DNA from: a virus
Taxonomy: Duplodnaviria; Heunggongvirae; Uroviricota; Caudoviricetes
Virus record (IMG/VR): IMGVR_UViG_3300028800_000057
Reading direction: 5' to 3' (one strand)
DNA: 64,000 bases
Part shown: positions 9,963-17,540 of the stretch, piece after piece
Layout: each line of letters starts with the position of its first letter
How positions within the stretch are numbered: the first letter of the stretch is position 1
Program-made: the position numbers and the translations under genes
The notes under the pieces: generated by a model
What the model saw: the letters and a program-made list of their open reading frames with translations, nothing else
The model's database searches: none
Told to the model about the DNA's origin: nothing

Positions 9963-10585
9963 ATAATTAGGAATATTCTAGTTTAGCTCCACCATCAAGT
10001 AGTAGCTTGCTTTCGCTAAGTCGAGCTTCAGCTCCTTGAAGAAGTCGATTAGAGCACCAAGGTCCATCAGGGTGAATGCTCCACACGTGTTAGTTCCGCC
10101 CTCAGCTATCAAGCCTCCGAAGAGCCAACTCTGGTCCTTATCCCTGTCATTGTACTTGAGAGGGGCCTTGTGCTCATACCTGGATAATACAGCATAGGCC
10201 TCCACCAACGGGATACTGTGCTTGGAGGCATTACTCCCTGAGTACCTCTGAGTAGTCCAGTTTTGGGACTACTCTTATGTGCGACCCGCAAGAAGGACAG
10301 TAATCCTTCCCACTGACCACCCCATGGAGAGAGTTCGAACAGCACTCGAATATTGTCCCATTAGCTGTCTTCGACACTAAGTGGTTCAACAGGTACCCGT
10401 AAAATACCCTACTGTAAGCTATGGAACTCATACGTCTTTCTCCAATACAGTGTGCTTACGCTCATCAATCTCACGAAGTACCCTGCCAGAACGCCTAAGT
10501 GACCTTGTTGATATGAGGATAGCCACCAAAGATAGAGCTATCGACAGGATATTGAGCCCAGAGATTATGAGTTGGCCTCGGTCTG

Positions 10586-10939
10586 TCATTGCAAGAACCC
10601 ACGAGTCCTCATCATCGGAACCTTGCACCCATCGTTGTTGTACGACCAACGAGCCGCACACTCGATAGGAGTCACCGTCTGGTTGCCGTTCTTGTCCTTC
10701 GTGGATAGGCTGCAGGAGACATACCCGTCACCGTCGGTGTCCCGATTCATGCACTCGACCCCAAAGATCTCGATACTCATCGACCTGGCATAGGCTCTCG
10801 CCTCCTCTTCAGCGGTACTGCGCGAGGGTGAACAGCCGTGGAACACGAAGCCAATTGCTATGGCCGCCAAGATCCCGATGATTGACACTACTATGATCAG
10901 CTCAATAAGGGTGAATCCACGATGTAACTTGGTTCTCAT
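10586..10939 (-). CDS. Type IV pilin-like protein
   Basis: Class III signal RG-FTLIELIIVVSIIGILAAIAIG; Cys pairs in the C-terminal head. Confidence 0.85.
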   Translation of the reverse strand: MRTKLHRGFTLIELIIVVSIIGILAAIAIGFVFHGCSPSRSTAEEEARAYARSMSIEIFGVECMNRDTDGDGYVSCSLSTKDKNGNQTVTPIECAARWSYNNDGCKVPMMRTRGFLQ

Positions 10940-11026
10940 ACTCGATTCCTTCGACGGGATACGCTACTTGAACCAAAAACTCTAGTCAAGCAACCATTAC
11001 CCCGGTGTAAGTACTACACCAGACCA

Positions 11027-11275
11027 ATGGGTGATCACAGAAGTGCATACATATTTGGGGACTTATTCCGGGAGTTTGCCCGGGATGACATCAGTAAGAA
11101 CGACTTCGCTCTAACGATGTGGAAGTGCATGGAAGAACTGGACTTTCACTGGAGCGAGATGCGGGCCAATGAGGCACTCGAGAAGTTCGGCCTGGCTAGG
11201 AAACGCGTTGATCCAGACTACCCTGAGGAGGGTGAGGTTTGGTTCTACGGACCCGAGGGGAATGACAGGACGTAA
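11027..11275 (+). CDS. Hypothetical protein
   Basis: 82-aa ORF. Confidence 0.6.
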   Translation: MGDHRSAYIFGDLFREFARDDISKNDFALTMWKCMEELDFHWSEMRANEALEKFGLARKRVDPDYPEEGEVWFYGPEGNDRT

Positions 11276-11316
11276 TCAACCTACCGCCCAAACTGAGCTC
11301 TGATTCGCATCTAGTA

Positions 11317-11510
11317 TTGACTTTTTAGCTGTATTGGTATAAACAGCTCGTCCAGGGTTGGCCAACCCAAAACGAGGGGACGGGCCTGGATAGGGGCACT
11401 GACGGTCTTTGGACCCTCCGTGTTAGCGCTGCTGCACTCCGCCTATTCAGGTCTGTCTACCTCACCAACTTGTGGCATTTTGCGAATCAAGTGGCAAAAT
11501 GATACACCAA
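11317..11510 (+). ncRNA. Candidate structured small RNA behind a TTGACT...TGgTATAAA promoter
   Basis: ORF-free 350-bp gap; stems TCCAGG/CCTGGA, GTTGG/CCAAC, CATTTTGC/GCAAAATG. Confidence 0.35.
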
Positions 11511-11629
11511 TATGACACCAAGTTCAAGAAGCAACTTGGAAACTATTAAGAAAAGTAGGCGCACCACCGCCTTGGTTACACCCTCATTGAATGTATAGCT
11601 GATCTGGCCTATATGGCGCAGCCCCGGAT

Positions 11630-12016
11630 CTAGATCTTGAACAGGTCTATTACGTTCGGAATGAACCCAGACTGTAGCTCGTCTGCCTCATCCGCGTAAG
11701 CACTGGACACATACACATAACCCACCGGGATGTTAGAGTTTAATCTGTACTCACAGCCCGACTCTAGTGCGATTACCCCTCGCTTTGGTGAAGGCAGTAG
11801 CTTCACGTTACCCTCACCAAACATGATGGCAAAAGTGAGTATCTTGTCTGTATCCGCAGGGTTGACCCAAACACGGAAGATTGGATCAACCCGAGGCAGC
11901 AAGACCGCATACCGGGGCTTTGGCTTAGCCTTGCCAACCACTCGTAGCGAGGGCCGTACAGCTGGTTCTTCAGTGGGGTCCTGGTACTCTACTTGTATCT
12001 TTGCTGGCATGGACAT
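11630..12016 (-). CDS. Hypothetical protein
   Basis: 128-aa ORF. Confidence 0.65.
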   Translation of the reverse strand: MSMPAKIQVEYQDPTEEPAVRPSLRVVGKAKPKPRYAVLLPRVDPIFRVWVNPADTDKILTFAIMFGEGNVKLLPSPKRGVIALESGCEYRLNSNIPVGYVYVSSAYADEADELQSGFIPNVIDLFKI

Positions 12017-12030
12017 AATGTCAGCAATTA

Positions 12031-12068
12031 GTGAGCCAATGTGGGAGTTCTAACTAATATTGGCTCAC
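12031..12068. promoter_or_regulatory. 10-bp inverted repeat between divergent genes
   Basis: GTGAGCCAAT-N18-ATTGGCTCAC. Confidence 0.45.
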
Positions 12069-12117
12069 AGTACTGATATCATGGGCTGTAGCACCCACAA
12101 ATGGTGTATTTGAGGGC

Positions 12118-12558
12118 ATGGCTACAAGACACAAGGATAGCGCTCCGCGAGAAGAGATTGACTGCCTGAAGGACAAGTTGGGTCAGGACATCAGGGTTGG
12201 CTCGTACATCGCCTATGGGCACGCCCTTGGTCGTTGTGCAGCCATCAAGATAGGACGCGTCCTGAAACTAACCTCGAAGCCCCTGGACCCTCTTACCTAC
12301 TCATCCTCGCCCCACCGCTTGACTGTTGTAGGAGTCGATGACGACCTTGTCTGGGCTGATCGCGAAGCCGAGATAGCTAAGTACCCACCAAAGCTCAGTA
12401 AACTTGGTACCCTTCTATACCCTGATCGTACTGTAGTTCTCAAAGATACAGTTATCCCCGCAGCTTACAAGGTGCTCCTGGACTCCTTCGAGTGGCCAGA
12501 GAAGTCCAAGAGAACCCGAACTAGATCACCCAAGGTCGCTCGTACCGTGACAACCTAG
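12118..12558 (+). CDS. Hypothetical protein (SH3-like DK.G..I.VG..IAY start)
   Basis: 146-aa ORF; GGTGTA 9 nt upstream. Confidence 0.7.
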   Translation: MATRHKDSAPREEIDCLKDKLGQDIRVGSYIAYGHALGRCAAIKIGRVLKLTSKPLDPLTYSSSPHRLTVVGVDDDLVWADREAEIAKYPPKLSKLGTLLYPDRTVVLKDTVIPAAYKVLLDSFEWPEKSKRTRTRSPKVARTVTT

Positions 12559-13150
12559 GGGGTTCAAGAGCCATCAGCACCTCCAAGCTCTTTGGTAGTT
12601 TCAGCTCAGGGATACCGAAGTACAGTGGAGTGCAAGAGAACTCAGGTTGAGGTTCGACCTCCGAGTATCCAATAATCAACTTCCAGGAGCTATTATTGGC
12701 TAGTGCCTCCCTGATCCCCGCTCGCGTCACGAAGAACAAGGTCCCGTTGGGTACAATAACTAACTTCTCATGGACGAACCGTAGAAGCTGATTCACCCGA
12801 GTGTCGATCCTGTGGGCAAGGTTGAACTCCATCCCGCGAGACTTGAACCATCTGTCCGTGAACCTCGCAACAGGTATTGAAGGTTTCGACGGGTCATTGA
12901 GCTTATTTTTAACCCTAAACTCGAAGTGAGATACAAACTTTCTATCAACCTTCTCCCATTGGATGTGCCAGGTCTCGCAATTATCCTCCCAGTCAACTAG
13001 GATGCCACCAGTCGCAGCCGAGACCACTGATTTACTAACGTCCGGCCTGGAATACCGAACGACATTTAACTCATCCAGGTTCACCGAAGTCACGTACCAC
13101 TTGATGTGAATGGGCAGGGGCATCGAGCGAGTCGTACCATGGTGCGACAA
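12521..13150 (-). CDS. Hypothetical protein with C-terminal SRYERPWVI tag
   Basis: 209-aa ORF, tag at stop. Confidence 0.7.
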   Translation of the reverse strand: MSHHGTTRSMPLPIHIKWYVTSVNLDELNVVRYSRPDVSKSVVSAATGGILVDWEDNCETWHIQWEKVDRKFVSHFEFRVKNKLNDPSKPSIPVARFTDRWFKSRGMEFNLAHRIDTRVNQLLRFVHEKLVIVPNGTLFFVTRAGIREALANNSSWKLIIGYSEVEPQPEFSCTPLYFGIPELKLPKSLEVLMALEPPRLSRYERPWVI

Positions 13151-13190
13151 TTGTTGTCAATTGTAGTGATTTGGTGTAGACTTCCTCACC

Positions 13191-13478
13191 ATGGACGACG
13201 ACAACAGCGACGAGGGCTTCTTGCTGTACGTGGATATACACTCGGAGACCGACCTAGCCTTGTTCAGTCGCGAGGATGTCATCCGTCTTCTCAAGCTCGC
13301 CTGTGTCCCTCCAGGCTCATGGTTCGTACCGAACAGGACCTTCATTAGTGTCCAGGCCGACGTAGCCCGTCCCCTCACCAAACGCGCCAGGAGGCACCTC
13401 AAGCGCTTGAAGACGCCTCAACTCGAGTTACCCTTCGACCCGAGTCGTGGTGCTGAGGACTATTTGCTCTCAGAGTAG
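13191..13478 (+). CDS. Hypothetical protein
   Basis: 95-aa ORF; GGTGTA 12 nt upstream. Confidence 0.6.
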   Translation: MDDDNSDEGFLLYVDIHSETDLALFSREDVIRLLKLACVPPGSWFVPNRTFISVQADVARPLTKRARRHLKRLKTPQLELPFDPSRGAEDYLLSE

Positions 13479-13523
13479 CAAATTCAAGTTGAGATCTGAG
13501 TATCCTCGCTCGTAATACTGGGC

Positions 13524-13856
13524 ATGACCTACAATGATGCCCAACTAACACTAGAGGAAGTTAATCAGATGCCCATGGATGCTCTGACATTCAATGACTT
13601 TGCTCAGTTGAGTGACAGATCGTTCCACTTCAGGAGTTACAGTGAGGAGCAACTCACTATAGGGGTTCCAATCTCAGAGGTCGAGCGTATTCGAGAACTA
13701 CTCTCAGACTGCAAAGATTCTCGGAAGTATTGGATGTGGGTTCGAGCTGGACTAGAACCAGACAAGGCTCTCCGAAAGGTTAGAGTGGGTCGCGCCCAAG
13801 CCAAGAAGTCTCGTCTGGCTCAAGTAGAGATCATCTATGTTCGACGAGCAGCCTAG
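13524..13856 (+). CDS. Hypothetical protein, probably leaderless mRNA
   Basis: TTGAGA-N16-CGTAAT, ATG 7 nt downstream. Confidence 0.7.
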   Translation: MTYNDAQLTLEEVNQMPMDALTFNDFAQLSDRSFHFRSYSEEQLTIGVPISEVERIRELLSDCKDSRKYWMWVRAGLEPDKALRKVRVGRAQAKKSRLAQVEIIYVRRAA

Positions 13857-14239
13857 ATCACCCATGGGCGCTCGTATCGGGACAGTAATCTCCGAGGACC
13901 TCGGGACTTCCCGAGTGTGTCCCTGAGCAGATCTATCTCGCGTTGTTGAATATCAAGATGTTCTTGATCTTTCGGCTACTCTTCTTTGACATGAGTGAGG
14001 TCCCCACAGATAGCGTCAAGGATGGACTCATCTACTGGCAACCTGAAGATCTGTCCTCTTAAAGTCCTCACGTCGATATAGGACCGAGCGGTGCCACTCA
14101 CCGGAGCAAGGTAAATAACACGATCCGACCCAGGTTCCTTCACAGAAGCAATCTCACGAGCCTCGTTGAACCCAATCACTTCGAGGGTGGCAATAACTGG
14201 AAGAACCGGCCCCGTAGAACTTGGAGTATCTTCTGGCAT
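13853..14239 (-). CDS. 87-aa gene (13976-14239) with a 40-codon in-frame extension past TAG ending in SRYERPWVI
   Basis: TAG at 13976-13978 is in frame with a stop-free stretch to TAG 13853-13855 that carries the family tag. Confidence 0.55.
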
Positions 14240-14271
14240 AGTCCACTCAGTTACACCAGCACTACCTCAGA

Positions 14272-14631
14272 TCACCATCGAACTGTGCAGGCCTTCATAA
14301 ATAGCCCGCAACAGACAACTCCGGGAACCTGCTTCATACCTACTGGATTGGTCGCCTCGAACTCCGTCGCCGACCAATCGCTCATGCATGCAAAGAAACC
14401 ATGCCCGCGGGTCTGAATATCGGTGAAACCACTGTACCTGAGTGCACGTCGGGTATCAGCCTCGTTTGTCCAGGGCATCATCCAAAGAATGAGAATGATG
14501 ATCGATATTAGGTTGAGGAGGACTTTCATGCCCATCCGGTACACCGATATTGACGAATTATATGGAAAGTAGTTGACTGGTTTTCCAGAGTATGCGAGTA
14601 TCAACGGTGTTGGAGAAGTAGTTGACACCAA
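14272..14631 (-). CDS. Small membrane-anchored protein (start probably ATG 14530)
   Basis: Hydrophobic N-terminus; G.VCCGL.KAC motif. Confidence 0.6.
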   Translation of the reverse strand: MVSTTSPTPLILAYSGKPVNYFPYNSSISVYRMGMKVLLNLISIIILILWMMPWTNEADTRRALRYSGFTDIQTRGHGFFACMSDWSATEFEATNPVGMKQVPGVVCCGLFMKACTVRW

Positions 14632-14651
14632 TCGTCCACCGATTCTAGACT
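14622..14651 (+). promoter_or_regulatory. Sigma70-type promoter for the tracr/cas12 transcript
   Basis: TTGACA (14622)-N18-TAGACT (14646), followed by ATCAGG. Confidence 0.55.
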
Positions 14652-14656
14652 TTTAT

Positions 14657-14760
14657 CAGGGGACCTTCAACCCGTCATGTACGGGGTCCACCCCTAAAGC
14701 GAGGAACAAGTTCACTCGCTAACTGCCGAATCTTCAGTGATACGGCCCCACTTACTCGGT
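14657..14760 (+). ncRNA. Candidate tracrRNA
   Basis: CCTTCAA (14664-70) complements repeat nt 30-36; CCCCACTTACTC (14746-57) complements repeat nt 17-28 (one G:U); several stem-loops lie between them. Confidence 0.7.
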
Positions 14761-14856
14761 CAAGTCTCGATGGACGATTGGTGGCAACAACTCTACAACA
14801 TAGTGGGAATAAGCATAAAGCGAGGGTTACGACCACTCGCTGGAAAGGTAGCCTAC

Positions 14857-16596
14857 GTGGCAACCAAGAAGAAAATAGAGGAGATCAAGAAACCTGAGCT
14901 GACCGACGCTGATAAGGAGTGGGCCAGTGGGGAAGTTTACAAGCTCCTTGTAAAGTACTATCAGACGGCGGATCAACTAGGTCTGAAACCCAAGAAGCAA
15001 CCAAAAGTTTCAGTATACCTGTACTGCGGTTGTCCAATGGCCAAGTATGGAAGAGATACCCTAGGACGAATCCCTCTTGAGATCATCCAAGATCGTAACC
15101 TTGAAGGGGTCGAGGAAGCTCTGTTCAACCTTCCAGGTGCACTAACGCTCCCCATAGTATTCTCGGATCTTCCTAAGGAGGAGGCGGCCACCCTAAAGAA
15201 CCAGTTCTACGGGGTAGCCAGGACGCTCACTATGGGCCTCCAAGCCGTGTACCGACGTCGGTTCCAGGGTCCAATCGAAGGGAACTTGGAGACTGCAGCG
15301 TATCGAACCTGCAATGAAGGGATGGATGAGTATCTAGAAAGTCTAGATGACCCGCTTCTGAGGTTGATGCGGCCATCGTCAAACATAGTAGCGACTGCCA
15401 GTAAGGACTACTCCACCAGGTATGGCAACTGGGAGGCTAGAAATTCACAGGATAAGTCCCCACCATGGCCGAAGGTGACTGGGTTCCCAATCAAAACCGA
15501 CTGCTTTAGTATCGAGATCACTACCCCAGAAGCCTACCGAAAGCGTTGTCCTTCTGCCCCGGCCGAATTACCCAAAGAAATCGTCATGCTTAGTCTCAGA
15601 GTACTAGCTGGGGCGAGCAAGGGTCAACGAGTAGCACCTCTTGTTGCCCGAGTCCAAGTTCGAGGTAGCTCTGACTGGGCAACCCTCAAGAGGGCCATAA
15701 GTGGTACGAAGGGGTACAAGACAACTCAAGGTAGATTGGTTCTTGATGAAGGGAAGTGGGTGTTCAAGCTGGGGTTCAAGAAACCCCGACCCGAACCTTC
15801 AAAGGTCAAGACTGCGCTGGTAGTAATCCCGGCGCTCAATGACTTGGCGATGATTTACTCACATGAAGGTGATTACCTTCGCGGCAAGTACAAGGGGGCT
15901 GGGGAGGTCCTTCCGAAGGGGATAGACTCCTCGGGTTTCATCCACCTCAAGAAAATGTATGACTCCATGAGGTCAGCCCGAGCGCGCCACTTGAACTTCG
16001 TTGGTCGAGGTGCGAGAGGGCATGGTCAGAAGAGATTCCGACTATCACTAGAAGTAGTCGAGGGTAAAGAGACCGATAGGACCAACACCTGGATGGAGCA
16101 GCAGGCCTCCCATCTAGCCAGGTACGCCAATAGTATCGGTGCTATCGTCGGGATCGACGATATGGTTTCAGTCCCTACTGCTCCGGATCGCAAGATAGAA
16201 CGTCTCCTACGACGTTTTCCCTGGTGTACCTTCCGTGACAAGATCGCATGGGCTTGCAAGAAACATGGGGTCCCAACCAAGGTAATCAAACACTCTGGAG
16301 TCAAAGACTGCCCCATGTGCGGCGGGGAGAAGACCCTAGTTGACTCTGCTAACTATGATGGTCGTCCCGAACAGTGGTGCAGGACTGGTTGTGGAGCCGT
16401 AGCCCCAAAGAACCTATTCAGAGCCTGGAGACTGTTCAAGGTTCTTCTGGTCACTGATGCCGATAGCCTGGCGGTAGTTGATCAGGGCTTCAGAAATAAG
16501 GTTGAGGGTCTAATGCATATTCGTACACGAAACAACTCACCTGAAAGTATGAACCTTATGGGTGAACAACCTGATACCGCAGATGCAGCTGAATAG
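14857..16596 (+). CDS. cas12: Cas12f/TnpB-like type V effector with degenerate RuvC (probably nuclease-dead); about 579 aa from GTG 14857, ORF open from 14737
   Basis: KWVF.LGF, GARGHGQKR, IVGIDDM (E to D), FPW..FRDKIAWACKKHGVP, CPMCG/CRTGCG zinc finger; RuvC-I reads ALVVIPAL (no Asp), RuvC-III reads PKNLFRA (D to N); adjacent to array; SD-like GGAAAGG before GTG. Confidence 0.8.
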   Translation: MATKKKIEEIKKPELTDADKEWASGEVYKLLVKYYQTADQLGLKPKKQPKVSVYLYCGCPMAKYGRDTLGRIPLEIIQDRNLEGVEEALFNLPGALTLPIVFSDLPKEEAATLKNQFYGVARTLTMGLQAVYRRRFQGPIEGNLETAAYRTCNEGMDEYLESLDDPLLRLMRPSSNIVATASKDYSTRYGNWEARNSQDKSPPWPKVTGFPIKTDCFSIEITTPEAYRKRCPSAPAELPKEIVMLSLRVLAGASKGQRVAPLVARVQVRGSSDWATLKRAISGTKGYKTTQGRLVLDEGKWVFKLGFKKPRPEPSKVKTALVVIPALNDLAMIYSHEGDYLRGKYKGAGEVLPKGIDSSGFIHLKKMYDSMRSARARHLNFVGRGARGHGQKRFRLSLEVVEGKETDRTNTWMEQQASHLARYANSIGAIVGIDDMVSVPTAPDRKIERLLRRFPWCTFRDKIAWACKKHGVPTKVIKHSGVKDCPMCGGEKTLVDSANYDGRPEQWCRTGCGAVAPKNLFRAWRLFKVLLVTDADSLAVVDQGFRNKVEGLMHIRTRNNSPESMNLMGEQPDTADAAE

Positions 16597-16604
16597 AGGT
16601 TACA

Positions 16605-17315
16605 ATGCCAACCAAGCCCACATTTGTTGATCCTTACAAGGTCACTGGAAGTACTAAACAGATCATAACTAGGCTACTCAAACTCAAGCCGAAGGACTTT
16701 CCAGACGAAGACCAAGCTTTGGACCTAATTCGAAGGCTTAAGGCCGATGCTGATCAGGGTGAGATGCGGCTAATAGCCTATCTTACCGCCTACGAGAAAA
16801 GCGAGCTCTGGAAAAAGTCGGCAGTCCAGTGCCATACCTTCAATGGGTGGTTGAAGTACTATCAAACATCGCTCCCTGATGTGAGCAGGTATAACAACGG
16901 CAAGGAGGCCCTACTCGAGTTTGGGGTTGAAGCTTGTTTGGTCTACAGCATTCGAGCGCTGTCCAAAGTGGTTAGCCTACCAAAAGTGCATCGGCATACC
17001 TTCGTCAAGGAGGAACTTGAACCGGGAGTGGAAACCCGTAGGTTTCCACTAAGTGACGTCACCGTTGGTAGTCGTGTTAAGGAGTACCGTAAGGCTCATG
17101 GTTTAGTCAGTAATGTACCACGAAACCCGAAGAGCGACCTAGCAACTCAACTCGACGAAGCCCGGGAGAGGATCTGCCAGCTGAAAGAAGAAGTCCGAGA
17201 ACTCAAGAAAGAGCGGGACGACCTTAAAAAACGACTGGCCGAATATGACCCCCAAAACCTAATCACTAAGAAACCTGTACCACGGACCAGCAAGGTATCA
17301 AGGAAGGCCGCTTGA
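16605..17315 (+). CDS. Accessory protein co-located with cas12; DUF3102-like N-terminus plus C-terminal coiled coil
   Basis: 8 nt after cas12 stop; YL.AYE...LWK.....TF..WL motif; heptad LDEARERICQLKEEVRELKKERDDL. Confidence 0.7.
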   Translation: MPTKPTFVDPYKVTGSTKQIITRLLKLKPKDFPDEDQALDLIRRLKADADQGEMRLIAYLTAYEKSELWKKSAVQCHTFNGWLKYYQTSLPDVSRYNNGKEALLEFGVEACLVYSIRALSKVVSLPKVHRHTFVKEELEPGVETRRFPLSDVTVGSRVKEYRKAHGLVSNVPRNPKSDLATQLDEARERICQLKEEVRELKKERDDLKKRLAEYDPQNLITKKPVPRTSKVSRKAA

Positions 17316-17540
17316 TTTACGAGGGGTGAGGTGCTTAGCTTCACCCCTTACTCGCTCGCAGGACTATTCTTGAGCGAGTAAGTCCATGATCCTTGACAAA
17401 TTGAGTGCGGAAAGCGAGAAGGGTACTTACCCGTAATGGGGGCTCCTTCCCTAACATACTTGGGAATCAAAAGGTGCTTTTAGTACCCTCTCGCAAGAAG
17501 CATGTGAAGTGGTGGAATTGATTGATTACTGCAGTAACGT

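Noticed and set aside
14737-14856. N-terminal 40 aa of the Cas12 ORF as coding
   Set aside because: Overlaps the anti-repeat and the conserved hairpin; GTG 14857 has an SD-like motif
14737-16596. Cas12k / CRISPR-associated transposon
   Set aside because: The repeat end and tracr layout are V-K-like, but no tnsB/tnsC/tniQ or Tn7 ends are present in the window and the RuvC substitutions differ
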